Shown one piece after another: positions 38,554 through 48,937 of a DNA stretch of 63,994 nt. A program made the translations under genes and the position numbers. The notes under the pieces are model-generated. The model did no database searches, was not told where the DNA came from, and saw nothing but the letters and a program-made list of their open reading frames with translations. The DNA is taken from the IMG/VR virus record IMGVR_UViG_3300036670_000273, positions 1 through 63,994 of that record; one strand, 5' to 3'. The DNA is from a virus. Taxonomy: Duplodnaviria; Caudoviricetes. Each line of letters starts with the position of its first letter. The stretch's first letter is position 1.

Positions 38554-39450
38554 TTATTTAGTTTTCGAAACTTTACTTAACGTAGATTTCATTGATACCA
38601 CCGGCTTTGAACTTGGTCCCGCTGGAGTTGGGTGAATATGATTATCAAAAAGTGTAGCAAAAAGATCTCCTTTTATTATTGATTCGCTTGCACCTCTGCC
38701 TAATTCAATATTAGGAGAATCTATTATAGCTTTAGAGCTAGCAGTTATATCTGCATTTGCACAATTTACAATAATATCTTTACAATTAATTTCAGTATTA
38801 TCTGTTGTATTTATGATTAGTTTAGCAGTGTGAGTAAATGTAATATTTCCATCATTTAACATTATAATACTATCACCGTTTGCATTAATTATTTCAATAC
38901 TGTTGTCCGGTTTTATATTAACTTTACTTGAACCCATTACAGTTGTATAATCTAACATTAAACCAACCTCTTCAGTAAAAAAAACTTTTATACTTTCACC
39001 GGCTCTTTCGTTTACAACTTTTTCATTACCACCACCAGTCAAACCAAATGCAGTATCATAAATAAGAACATGGGAATTTTGATAAGAATTTTGTATTAAT
39101 TCTATAAGTTCAGCTGATGGATATACTGACTCATGATACACTGGAGAATAGTAAGTTCCATTATCAAAAGTTACTCTTACAAAAGTACCTAATTTCGGTA
39201 CTGAAAATGTACCGCTTCCACTATTGCTTCCACCTGATGATGCAACCGATGGCCTCGCCCATGGTATTGCTTCAATTGGTAAAATATAATCACTAGTTAT
39301 GTCTGCTTGATCAATTCTTTGATCCATTTTACCTAACACCCTAACTTTGCATCGACCTTCAAATAGATCATCATTATTGTTTTCAACAATACCAATCCAC
39401 TGCGTTGCTAATAAATTGTCACTTTTTAAATCCTTTGAAACTATCTTCAT
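38554..39450 (-). CDS. Baseplate central spike (gp5/gpV-like OB-fold plus beta-helix)
   Basis: GIVENNNDDLFEGRCKVRVLG, IPWA, VPKLGTFVRVTF; apex HxH motif (NHIHPT). Confidence 0.85.
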   Translation of the reverse strand: MKIVSKDLKSDNLLATQWIGIVENNNDDLFEGRCKVRVLGKMDQRIDQADITSDYILPIEAIPWARPSVASSGGSNSGSGTFSVPKLGTFVRVTFDNGTYYSPVYHESVYPSAELIELIQNSYQNSHVLIYDTAFGLTGGGNEKVVNERAGESIKVFFTEEVGLMLDYTTVMGSSKVNIKPDNSIEIINANGDSIIMLNDGNITFTHTAKLIINTTDNTEINCKDIIVNCANADITASSKAIIDSPNIELGRGASESIIKGDLFATLFDNHIHPTPAGPSSKPVVSMKSTLSKVSKTK

Positions 39451-40853
39451 TAATTAAATACGTTATTAGAAGTTAATGGTGGTGGCCCTGATGGCCCTGA
39501 GCCAAAAACATTTGATGATCTTAGTTGTAAATTATTTCTAGGTACTAATCCAGCTGTTACATTACCCGCAGTTAAAGAAGAACTCGGTTGATCAACACTG
39601 CCTAAAATATTATCTCCTAATTTAATATTGCCACCGTTCCCACCACCTGATCTATTTTGTAATAATGCCCCGGACACAATATTAGATAATGCACCTGGGT
39701 TTTGCAAACCTGCTATAATTTGATTTCTTAAACCAAAGGCATTACCAAATAATAAGCTTTGTGCAGCTGCTGTACCGCTTGATGCTGCTCTATTTGCAAA
39801 AGCTTCCCCTGCCTTCAATGCTTGATTTTTTGTAGCGTTTTTAACAGCATCACCTAATTTACCACCATGTTGGTTTCTAGCAGAATCATTAAGTTCTTGA
39901 TCAATTCCAGAAAAATCTGATATTATTGAAATTTTACCAAACTTAAATTTCATACTAGTCGTAGTCATGTCAGCACCACCTAAATTAGTAACATTTTCAA
40001 AAACTTTGCCACTTTGTGACAAAATCCATTCGCAATCTTCTAATTTGAAAGTAATCCTTGATGTATTTTCATTTAGGAATCTATCAACATCAGTTGCTTT
40101 TCCTTTATTTGTAATTATAGATAGTAAAGAGGCAGCAGCTTTAAATCTTCTAATTTCATAAACATCAATATAAATTGAAAAATGCTTTAAGTTATTAGGA
40201 AGAACCATTCTTCTATATTCAACATCAAGTACTGCTGCTTTATAAAGATTAAACAATGCACTTATTTTTAAATCAAGAGCTTCTAAGCAGCCTATTGTAA
40301 TACCATCTTCATCAGCTGTTCCCTGAAATGGATCTATTATACTTAATGATTTGGTCCATGCTTCTTCTAAACCATTTATGGTTTGCCAATAGTATGGTCT
40401 AAACTCATTTACTTCGCGTAAACCTTGTGTAAACATTTGTAAATAAGAAGCTCTAGTTTTTTCTCCAACTTTCATAAGATAGCCAAATGCAGACTCTCCG
40501 CCTGCAATATTAGGGTCAGGTAAAGGTTGATTATTGTCTAAAGTATTTTTACTATTACTCTTAATCAAAGATCCTATTACTGCATCAGATAACGGTGATT
40601 CAGATGGAGGCTTCATTGGATCTCCTGTCGTGGCACCATTAAATAATGGGCTTAATATATCAAATCTTAGTGAAAAGCCAAGATACGTTGGATCTTCTAA
40701 GCTAGTTACACCATTACCACCACCTGATACTGTTTTGCTGGGTTGCACAAATCTTTTAATCACATCACTAGAAGGTTTTCTTGCAAACCTGTCAAATGCT
40801 TCTTCTCTAGTACCTGGTCTTGAATTACTATTTATAGTTGAATCCTTTATCAT
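39450..40853 (-). CDS. Baseplate/tail-tube initiator-like protein
   Basis: Between hub and spike genes; EDPTYLGF, WQTINGL, Gly/Asn-rich tail. Confidence 0.5.
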   Translation of the reverse strand: MIKDSTINSNSRPGTREEAFDRFARKPSSDVIKRFVQPSKTVSGGGNGVTSLEDPTYLGFSLRFDILSPLFNGATTGDPMKPPSESPLSDAVIGSLIKSNSKNTLDNNQPLPDPNIAGGESAFGYLMKVGEKTRASYLQMFTQGLREVNEFRPYYWQTINGLEEAWTKSLSIIDPFQGTADEDGITIGCLEALDLKISALFNLYKAAVLDVEYRRMVLPNNLKHFSIYIDVYEIRRFKAAASLLSIITNKGKATDVDRFLNENTSRITFKLEDCEWILSQSGKVFENVTNLGGADMTTTSMKFKFGKISIISDFSGIDQELNDSARNQHGGKLGDAVKNATKNQALKAGEAFANRAASSGTAAAQSLLFGNAFGLRNQIIAGLQNPGALSNIVSGALLQNRSGGGNGGNIKLGDNILGSVDQPSSSLTAGNVTAGLVPRNNLQLRSSNVFGSGPSGPPPLTSNNVFN

Positions 40854-40866
40854 CCTGTTATTTCTT

Positions 40867-42348
40867 TTATGTAGTTGGTGTTACTTCCCGTCTACGTAAA
40901 TGTAATTTTTGTTTTAATATACCTGGTGCTAATAAAGTATATTCAAAGCCAGTAATTACATAAAATCCACTTAAATATTCGTTTAAAACACCGTTATTTG
41001 ATGTAACCTCATTTTGTGAATTATCTTCGTTTTCTGTTCTTCGTTGTGATCCTTCTGGTATATTCTCATCATTACCAGGTCCTGTTAAAACACTTTTAAC
41101 ACTTTGTGAGTATTCTAGTATTTTACAATATATCCTGCTATATCTCAATATTGAAGGATTAACGGAATCTAATTCAATAACCATACCAGATTTATTAATT
41201 TCAGCTAAATTTTGATAATTAAGAATTGCGCTGTACATATAATTAGAATGTACATTATCACCTTGTGTGCCTAAATATTTATATTTAACTTGATCATTGC
41301 GAGGACCTTCAACTTCACCGTTAATTAGTCTTCCTTTCGTTATCGGTATCATACCGGGTGTATCGTTAACAATAGGATCTACAAATTCGCTAATAAATTC
41401 CTTTGCGTTTAAATCAAAAAATTGTGAGAATCTTTTATATCCATTATTTTTACTTATTTGCCCACTATTATTAATTTGTTGATATGTAGAAATGTACATA
41501 GAACTACCCTTTAATACTAAATCATTAGTTAACATGTACGGTATTGTTGGATCTATTTTAAGAGGATCACCTGATCCCATTGTATCTGTTGCATTAAATG
41601 AAAACCCTAGAGTTTCTTCTAATGCAGTATCTTGATCAAATAATTTATTTACATCAACTAATGTTAAATAATAGTATGGATCAATATATGATGTAAAAAA
41701 GGAATCATCATTAAGATATGTATTTGCTACAATATCTTGTATAAATTTCATTGATGTATCATATGGATTTGTCCATGTTTGACTATCATCAGTATTATCT
41801 ACATTAGATGCATAACCAAGCTGAAGATCTTCTGCTATATTTAATAAAGCATCCCAACTATTACCAATTTTAAATTCAACCCTTTCGGTAAAAAGATTTG
41901 GAATATTCATTCTACATTCAATCAAAAGCTGACTAGATGAGTCGGTATTACCCCCACCCCCTAATGAAATTATATCTTCAACCGTAAAATCTATTCTAAT
42001 TGGTTTAAATGTAGTTTCTTCACCAGCAGATCTTATGTAAACTTGAACAATGTCTCCATCTTTTGGAAAATGTCTAGCTGTAAATAAGCCATCTCTATCA
42101 AAAAAAGAAAATCTACAAGTAGGATAAAACCCAGTACAGTTAAGTTCAAACATAATAAGTCTATCACCTTGTACATCATATTGATTAACTCTGATAATAG
42201 GTATAATGTTAGTAAATTTAGAAGGCGGTTCTTTTACGCTTGCACCATTTGAATTTTCAGTACCGCTCTCAACATCGGGTATTGCCAACTCATCTAAAAT
42301 AATAGTTGGCTCAATTATAGTTAATATGTTTCTTTCTATTGCAGACAT
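40867..42348 (-). CDS. Baseplate hub (gp27-like)
   Basis: C-terminal LSGFYVITGFEY...KLHLRRRE typical of hub proteins; lies between gp53-like and gp5-like genes. Confidence 0.65.
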   Translation of the reverse strand: MSAIERNILTIIEPTIILDELAIPDVESGTENSNGASVKEPPSKFTNIIPIIRVNQYDVQGDRLIMFELNCTGFYPTCRFSFFDRDGLFTARHFPKDGDIVQVYIRSAGEETTFKPIRIDFTVEDIISLGGGGNTDSSSQLLIECRMNIPNLFTERVEFKIGNSWDALLNIAEDLQLGYASNVDNTDDSQTWTNPYDTSMKFIQDIVANTYLNDDSFFTSYIDPYYYLTLVDVNKLFDQDTALEETLGFSFNATDTMGSGDPLKIDPTIPYMLTNDLVLKGSSMYISTYQQINNSGQISKNNGYKRFSQFFDLNAKEFISEFVDPIVNDTPGMIPITKGRLINGEVEGPRNDQVKYKYLGTQGDNVHSNYMYSAILNYQNLAEINKSGMVIELDSVNPSILRYSRIYCKILEYSQSVKSVLTGPGNDENIPEGSQRRTENEDNSQNEVTSNNGVLNEYLSGFYVITGFEYTLLAPGILKQKLHLRRREVTPTT

Positions 42349-42893
42349 TATAAATTATTGTTGAGTGTATTTCTAGATGGTAAATTTGATCCTAATTTAA
42401 TTTCGCCTGAATTAAATAATTTAGCAGATTGATTAGGTTGTAGCATATTCGGTAAAATTGGTGTATTTACACCTGATTTCTTTTCTTTTGCCTTTTGTAA
42501 TAATCTTTGTATTCTTGATTGATCTTTTTGCGATTGTCTGCCAGTATCTGTATATGGCTTTATTGCCGGCGCAGGTCTAGACGCAGTGTTAGGTCTTTGA
42601 TATACAAGATCAGGATTTCTTAAATTTGGTATAACTAAAACATCTCCTTCTTGTATAGAAAAAGGATTAAAAATATTGTTAATTACACAAATTGCATCAA
42701 TATTTTCAGATGAACCAAAATAAATTTCTGATATTTTATCTAATCTACCTACTTGATCACTCATTACATAATGCAATGCTTTAACTCCTAAATCTGCATC
42801 ATAAATAAATGATGGAGCTGTTAAATCAAAATAACTTTCTCCTGTATTTTCATCAACTAATTGATTTTTTAATGTTAAAGATTTAATATTCAT
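42348..42893 (-). CDS. Baseplate wedge gp53-like (LysM-type) protein
   Basis: GRLDKISEIYFGS...ICVINNIFNPFSIQEGDVLVIP. Confidence 0.8.
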   Translation of the reverse strand: MNIKSLTLKNQLVDENTGESYFDLTAPSFIYDADLGVKALHYVMSDQVGRLDKISEIYFGSSENIDAICVINNIFNPFSIQEGDVLVIPNLRNPDLVYQRPNTASRPAPAIKPYTDTGRQSQKDQSRIQRLLQKAKEKKSGVNTPILPNMLQPNQSAKLFNSGEIKLGSNLPSRNTLNNNL

Positions 42894-42904
42894 CGTTGTT
42901 TGTT

Positions 42905-44656
42905 TTATGAATCAACCATCATTGAAATGAGGTTTGATATGTATGCTGCATCAACACCATTGTCATTTTCTGCATTGAATTTTTTAGTTCCATTTCCAGG
43001 TTTCGTATTACTTATTACAGTATCTGATTGCTTAGCACCTGCTTCTTTAGATTGTAGCTTTTGTAGATTAGATTTACCTGCCTTTACAGATCCGTATGTT
43101 TTGACGTCAACTCCTGCTAAATTTAAAATATCACCTTCATTTGCAACAGATGCATATATTCGTCCACGACCTGCATTAAACATGTTTTCAATGTCACCTT
43201 TATCTCTAGGCTTTCCATGTTTTAAATCAATTTCAAACTTAACATCCATTGGAAAGTCATCATAGCCTAAACCATTACCTAACGTCATTATAGTGTTGTC
43301 GCAATACATATTACCCATTGAAACAATAGGATTAAGTGGATTCCCAACAGTGATATGCCAATTACCTGTAGGTTCAGCACTAATTAAAGCAGCCGTTGCG
43401 GTACTTCCGTTTATCGCACCCATATTATCACCTAGAAAACCACCCAGCATATTACCAAGACCAGTTGTAGCTAATTTTTTAATTCCATCAAGTATGTTAA
43501 ATCCTCCATCTCCGCTCCCAAATAAACCTTTGAATCCTTTATCTACGTCTTTAACAACACTGCCAATGTATCCACCAAAATCACCCTTTCTTAATAAACC
43601 CATATTTCCAAAAGTACTAGCGACATAACCTGCACTTCCATAATATCTATGGCCACCTCCAAAAAACTGAGCATTATTAGTTGTCATTGTTAGCATATTG
43701 CTAATAATATCAATCATTGCAATTTTTGGATTAATATAGTTTAAAGATTTAAGTTCATATTCAAATGCTAATTTAATATCATTTTCAAATTTAAGTCCAG
43801 TATCTCTAACTGTAGTTTGATCAACTACGTTAACTGGCCCTATCACAAAATTTGCGTATGTAGTACCAAATCTATCACCTCCTGCATCAGGATTGTTTTG
43901 GGCTCTAAATTTAGCTCCTGGTGATACCCCCTTTAAAGCGTCTGCTGTTGCTCTTCCAACTGCACCAATCTTATTATAAAAAGGTTGTGATGTATAACTA
44001 TTTTTATTACTTTCAACAGACTCCATTTTAGATTGAATGTCTTTCCACTTTAAGCCATACGTAAATTTAAGAATATCATCTAATTTATTTCCTGCAGTTT
44101 CACCTAAGTAAGTAACTGCAGTAACACCAGCAACCTGATTAACATCAGCTATTTTCTCTGTAGATTCTACAGAATCTGGATTTTCATTATATTTAACACT
44201 TAAATCAAATATATTATCATTAACAGGTGTTGGGAATCTACGTAATGTAATTAAATGATTGACTGGAATTTTTCTATAATACTTAAGATACAAAAAATCT
44301 TGAGCTCTATATCCAATTTTAGGATAATTATTTCCAAAAAACTCAATAAGTTTAGTTATTGAAACATTACGAGCCCCTTCACCTCCCATTAATTCATTGT
44401 TTGGGCTGTCTTTATAATTATCAAACGGCATGTCAGTATTTAAATTACCATACAAACCTCTAAAATTAAATAAAGCATATTCATTAAAAATAGATTTAGG
44501 TATTGGTGCACTTAAACCTTTAGCGACAGTATAAACATCTGCCTCTGCTCTGCTGCCATAAAAAGCTTGAGACATTCCATGTTCTACATCAGCGGCAAAT
44601 CCAGATGATTCACCACTAGAAAATCCTATTGTTCCAAATTGACCATTATCTGCCAT
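42905..44656 (-). CDS. Tail/baseplate structural protein (gp48-like candidate)
   Basis: Track ORF 42905..44668, ATG at 44656 preferred; GNWHITVGNPLNP...DDFPMDVKFEIDL tube-like C-domain; first gene of the tail operon. Confidence 0.55.
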   Translation of the reverse strand: MADNGQFGTIGFSSGESSGFAADVEHGMSQAFYGSRAEADVYTVAKGLSAPIPKSIFNEYALFNFRGLYGNLNTDMPFDNYKDSPNNELMGGEGARNVSITKLIEFFGNNYPKIGYRAQDFLYLKYYRKIPVNHLITLRRFPTPVNDNIFDLSVKYNENPDSVESTEKIADVNQVAGVTAVTYLGETAGNKLDDILKFTYGLKWKDIQSKMESVESNKNSYTSQPFYNKIGAVGRATADALKGVSPGAKFRAQNNPDAGGDRFGTTYANFVIGPVNVVDQTTVRDTGLKFENDIKLAFEYELKSLNYINPKIAMIDIISNMLTMTTNNAQFFGGGHRYYGSAGYVASTFGNMGLLRKGDFGGYIGSVVKDVDKGFKGLFGSGDGGFNILDGIKKLATTGLGNMLGGFLGDNMGAINGSTATAALISAEPTGNWHITVGNPLNPIVSMGNMYCDNTIMTLGNGLGYDDFPMDVKFEIDLKHGKPRDKGDIENMFNAGRGRIYASVANEGDILNLAGVDVKTYGSVKAGKSNLQKLQSKEAGAKQSDTVISNTKPGNGTKKFNAENDNGVDAAYISNLISMMVDS

Positions 44657-44728
44657 TCCATTGTACACTTATTTTAGTATTAGAATTGAATTTATTTAAC
44701 ATATACTACGATCTTTTTTAGTATATAT

Positions 44729-45292
44729 TTAGCTTAAGCTTTTTAGATATTTATTAATGTCAATATTTGACTTTTCAAATTTATCTAACCAACCTCGCTT
44801 AAATCTAACATCAAATTCATTTACGCTATCTAGAGATAATAAACCCTTAAAAAAAGGTCTTACTGAACTTTCTCTTATTTCTTTGAAATTTTTTGAAATA
44901 ATATAAAACTGCACTTTTTCAAATAGTTCTTTTAAATCTATTTTAGTTTTTGTACACATCACAGATTCAGCTATAACGTAATATCTGGCATAATCGGTTT
45001 GATTAAATCTATCCTCGAGAGACTTTGTTGTATTAAAATCTTCTTTTTTTAATGGCATTGGTCTTGCCCGATCACTAAAATTATAACGGAATTTCATATC
45101 AAAAAAGTTCGTTTTAAGGAACTTCATATTATCATACATTTTGATAATTTTTATTTTGTATAAAGGATTAACAGGGTCCCATTGCGTATCAATAATAATA
45201 CCCTTTACTGGTAACATTAAATTAGGTTTACTATATGATGAAAGTAAACAATACACATACTCGCCTTTTGTAAAAATTCTGTGAGCTTTCAT
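44729..45292 (-). CDS. Hypothetical protein
   Basis: 187-aa ORF, TAATG-coupled. Confidence 0.7.
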   Translation of the reverse strand: MKAHRIFTKGEYVYCLLSSYSKPNLMLPVKGIIIDTQWDPVNPLYKIKIIKMYDNMKFLKTNFFDMKFRYNFSDRARPMPLKKEDFNTTKSLEDRFNQTDYARYYVIAESVMCTKTKIDLKELFEKVQFYIISKNFKEIRESSVRPFFKGLLSLDSVNEFDVRFKRGWLDKFEKSNIDINKYLKSLS

Positions 45293-45690
45293 TATATAGT
45301 AATGTCAAAGTCAACAGCTTCACTAAACAATTCAACAACACCATCTAAATTAGTGTCAGGTGTATAGAATATTTTGTAATTAATTTTTTTAGTGGTTAAT
45401 GTTTTTATATAACTCTTAATACCATTGATTGTAATTTCATCTAATGTACCTAATACATAGTATACATTTTGTGTAGTTGATCTACTTAAAATAAGTTGAA
45501 GATGTTTCATTAAGTAAGAAGAAACTACTGCATCTGATGGTTCAAGCTGAAGATAATCATTTTTAGACAGCTTATTATAAACGTCCATATAATTTATGCA
45601 TTCAATACTTCTTGGTATTGAACCTAAAAATGTTTTAATTTTTACTGCATCTTTGGAGTATACGAAATAAAATTCTAAAGTTTCTTCCAT
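45292..45690 (-). CDS. Hypothetical protein
   Basis: 132-aa ORF in operon. Confidence 0.7.
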   Translation of the reverse strand: MEETLEFYFVYSKDAVKIKTFLGSIPRSIECINYMDVYNKLSKNDYLQLEPSDAVVSSYLMKHLQLILSRSTTQNVYYVLGTLDEITINGIKSYIKTLTTKKINYKIFYTPDTNLDGVVELFSEAVDFDITI

Positions 45691-45998
45691 TTTTTTAGTA
45701 GTTGAAGCTCGGCCTCAATTTTTTTTATTCTAATCTTTATAGCTTCATCACTTGGGCGATAAGAAGAGCCCCATTCTTTTTGTATGGTTATAACTTCATT
45801 ACTAAATTTGTTACCTAGATTAATTCCTAAGTCTCCGCATAAATCAAAAAAGAAGTTAACAACATAATTAAGTTTATCATTAGGCAGTTCTTCGTAAACT
45901 TCAGTAGTTGTCCATTCTTCATCCCCACCACCATGATTACTATCTATAGTTTTTTTTATTAAACCATTACTTGCTGTCTCTAATATAACTTTGAACAT
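45675..45998 (-). CDS. Hypothetical protein
   Basis: 107-aa ORF in operon. Confidence 0.7.
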   Translation of the reverse strand: MFKVILETASNGLIKKTIDSNHGGGDEEWTTTEVYEELPNDKLNYVVNFFFDLCGDLGINLGNKFSNEVITIQKEWGSSYRPSDEAIKIRIKKIEAELQLLKKWKKL

Positions 45999-46001
45999 AT
46001 G

Positions 46002-46364
46002 TTATCTGGTATTATTATTTCTAACTTGTTTAATTAAATTTCTTGCAATTTTTTTGTCATTATGATAATTATCGCAATCTTTTACTGATAATATTGCATA
46101 AGCCTCTCTAAGTTTGTCAATTTCTTGAGAAGAATAACCCTCATTTTTCCAACCCTCTATCATTGCTAATTCTCGCTCCTCAAACTGTTCTGACTTAGAT
46201 AGCTCAAAGGCTTCTTTATTTATATCATACATTTGATTACCTATCTTAGCAGTTTCTTTTGTAACTTCAACCCATTTATTAAAAGGTAGTTTACTTTTAG
46301 ATTTTAACACACCATGGTGTTTCATTGCATTTCTTCTTTCTTTGCGAGTAGGTATTCTATTCAT
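46002..46364 (-). CDS. Hypothetical basic protein
   Basis: 120 aa, PTRKERR N-terminus; AATATATA at 46394-46401. Confidence 0.7.
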   Translation of the reverse strand: MNRIPTRKERRNAMKHHGVLKSKSKLPFNKWVEVTKETAKIGNQMYDINKEAFELSKSEQFEERELAMIEGWKNEGYSSQEIDKLREAYAILSVKDCDNYHNDKKIARNLIKQVRNNNTR

Positions 46365-46410
46365 AATATCTTAATTATAGTTGTTATTTAATATATATAT
46401 TGATTGATTT

Positions 46411-46890
46411 TTATGCAGTTTTAAATTTATCAATAATTAATTGTTCTATTGAATCTCGTAAAGCTTTCTTTAAAATTTCTTTATCTATTTGATTTGATAT
46501 AAATGAATCTAATTCTAAGAGTACTTCATCTGAATCGAACGTCATACTTATTATGTTAAAAATATCAGCTGTTGGTATCTTTATAGAAAAATTAAGATTT
46601 AAATTAACTTCATCTGTTTTCTTTTGTTTTGCAAATAAAGTTTTTATCGGATTGTCTTTGATTTCTTTTTGTGAAATTATATGTGGAACTTCAGTTTGAT
46701 TACTACCAGTAAAATCTAAAAGTTCACCAGATACGGTAATCATAAACTCATCAATTAAATCCGTTGCAATTCTAGATCCGCTTTTAAAGACGGTCCAAAC
46801 GTTGTCTTGTGAATCTATTGTTTCAGGATTTCCTATTTTATCACCTTTAATCCACTGTAACTGTTCTGCTGACTTAACACTATTATTCAT
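46411..46890 (-). CDS. Hypothetical protein
   Basis: 159-aa ORF. Confidence 0.7.
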   Translation of the reverse strand: MNNSVKSAEQLQWIKGDKIGNPETIDSQDNVWTVFKSGSRIATDLIDEFMITVSGELLDFTGSNQTEVPHIISQKEIKDNPIKTLFAKQKKTDEVNLNLNFSIKIPTADIFNIISMTFDSDEVLLELDSFISNQIDKEILKKALRDSIEQLIIDKFKTA

Positions 46891-46997
46891 TGTTTTATTT
46901 TTATATCAAGATATTTTGATTAGTTTATTATATACAAAGATCGTATTTAATGGTTCTACACAAATGTAGTGTTCTAAATTAAATGACTATTAACTCT

Positions 46998-47864
46998 TTA
47001 TAAGTTAGCTAGTTGATCTTCTTTATTGTTCTTTTGCTGTATTAAGTCTGATAAAGTTTGAGAATTCAGCGTATAAATTGGCATATTTAATAAATAGTTA
47101 TAACTTCCAGTTATTTTAACAAATTCATTTTCTTCAAGATAACTAATAATATTTGGTAGTGGTGTAGTGTTAATATTTATAGAGTTATTTACAATGTTTT
47201 CTATAAAGCTTATTCGGTTCGCTAAAACAATTATTTCTTGCTTTAGTGTTAAAATAAATTTTTCTTTTTTAACTTCATAATCATTTATTACAGTTGTAAT
47301 AGGCTGTGATCCCGTTGGTCCTGTATTTATTTCTTCAATTACTGCATTGCTACTATTAAGCATACTGGCTTTTAATTTGCTTGAGTACACTGTAATTTCA
47401 CCCCAGTTTGGTACTGCATATAATGGAGAATATGAACCTGTTACAAATATTTTTTTTAGTTCAGCATAAGAATTTGAATAGTCTTTAACTGTTTCATTAA
47501 TAAAAAGTATTTGTCTATTAATCAAAGAGACTCTTTGGCTATTTCTACTTTTATCAAATTGAGAACCTGCCGTTAATGTATTGCTGCCAGTAATATCAGA
47601 TATTTTATAGTTTGTAGTAAAATTATACAAATCACTAATACCATCAAATGCTATTATTGAACACAATACACTAATGTCGTTATCGTTTACTACTCTATAA
47701 TTCAAGTTAAAGTATGAGTCTACTTGTGTAATATCTTCATATGTAACAAATTCATAATTTATCTTATCCCAAAACTTAATCTTAATATTAGACACTACAA
47801 TTCTATTCTTTTTAAGATATTGTAAAAAATCCAATATTAATTTAAATGATAAAGCTTCAAACAT
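46998..47864 (-). CDS. Hypothetical protein
   Basis: 288-aa ORF. Confidence 0.7.
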   Translation of the reverse strand: MFEALSFKLILDFLQYLKKNRIVVSNIKIKFWDKINYEFVTYEDITQVDSYFNLNYRVVNDNDISVLCSIIAFDGISDLYNFTTNYKISDITGSNTLTAGSQFDKSRNSQRVSLINRQILFINETVKDYSNSYAELKKIFVTGSYSPLYAVPNWGEITVYSSKLKASMLNSSNAVIEEINTGPTGSQPITTVINDYEVKKEKFILTLKQEIIVLANRISFIENIVNNSININTTPLPNIISYLEENEFVKITGSYNYLLNMPIYTLNSQTLSDLIQQKNNKEDQLANL

Positions 47865-47882
47865 TAAAGTGTTGTTTTGTGA

Positions 47883-48104
47883 TTATATATTTAAATCTTT
47901 ATGCAACACTTTCATAAAATCACCAAAGGTATGCTCACCAAAATTATTTTTTAATATTACACCAACTGCTAATGCAAAATCAGTATAACTCATAGAATCA
48001 TCAATTTTAATCATTGCTTTATCAATTTGCGTTGATAGCTCATTTGATTTTTTTGATTCACTGATTATATTTAAAAACTCTTTGAATAATTGTAAATGTT
48101 TCAT
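47883..48104 (-). CDS. Small CTS-tagged protein
   Basis: MKHLQLFKEFLNIISE. Confidence 0.7.
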   Translation of the reverse strand: MKHLQLFKEFLNIISESKKSNELSTQIDKAMIKIDDSMSYTDFALAVGVILKNNFGEHTFGDFMKVLHKDLNI

Positions 48105-48200
48105 AATCTGTTTAGTTTATTTTAAGATCTTTTTAATAATTTGTTTACACATAGGTTTTACCACTTATTGAAATAAGTTGTTTGATACGCACAAGTGTAC

Positions 48201-48341
48201 TTACTCTGTTAAAAACACTTTAAGAGTTTGACCGTCATCCTGAAACTGTAATTCAATTTCGCTAAATGATTTATTAACATATGATCTTCCATCTCTGTCA
48301 ATAATTTCAATCCGAGTGACTTTGTTTAAATTATATCCCAT
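48201..48341 (-). CDS. Small phage protein (46 aa, below track cutoff)
   Basis: Hand translation MGYNLNKVTRIEIIDRDGRSYVNKSFSEIELQFQDDGQTLKVFLTE; GATATATA at 48349-48356. Confidence 0.65.
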   Translation of the reverse strand: MGYNLNKVTRIEIIDRDGRSYVNKSFSEIELQFQDDGQTLKVFLTE

Positions 48342-48366
48342 CTTAATTTATATATCAGTTTAATAT

Positions 48367-48822
48367 TTAGTAATATAATAATTTCTTTATATTTCCATGC
48401 TGAATACCGCAATCTTTTAATATTGAAAGGTGGCTTAAGTCACGGTATTCAGTAATCCAATAAATATGTTTAAATCCTGCATTAACTAAAACTTTTGTAC
48501 ACATTTTGCAAGGTGATAAAGTTAATATTATAATATAGTTTTCAGGATCATATTCCTTAAATTTAGCAATCATGTTAATTTCTGCGTGTATAAAACCACT
48601 CTCGCCTGGTTCTAGTGATTCCTCTTCAGTTCCAGTTAACTCATTTATTAAGGCACCACTATAAGACCCATTATAACCAAAACTAGCTATTTTACTAAAA
48701 TCTTTTTTTAAAGCAATACATGCAACTTTTGTAGTAGACGCATTTGATAGTGTTTTAATATTATTTAAAACCTTAATAAACGTATTAATTTTTAGGTTTA
48801 GTTTTTTGTTTTTATCTACCAT
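48367..48822 (-). CDS. dCMP deaminase
   Basis: GYNG, HAEIN, TLSPCKMC zinc motifs. Confidence 0.9.
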   Translation of the reverse strand: MVDKNKKLNLKINTFIKVLNNIKTLSNASTTKVACIALKKDFSKIASFGYNGSYSGALINELTGTEEESLEPGESGFIHAEINMIAKFKEYDPENYIIILTLSPCKMCTKVLVNAGFKHIYWITEYRDLSHLSILKDCGIQHGNIKKLLYY

Positions 48823-48937
48823 ATCACTATTGTATAAAGTTCATGTTATCACATCAATTTTAAATTAAATTAAGTTATGTAATAATTAGTGTCGCTTTAT
48901 TTTAAACTTATTAAAAGCAATCTATTGCATATTAGAC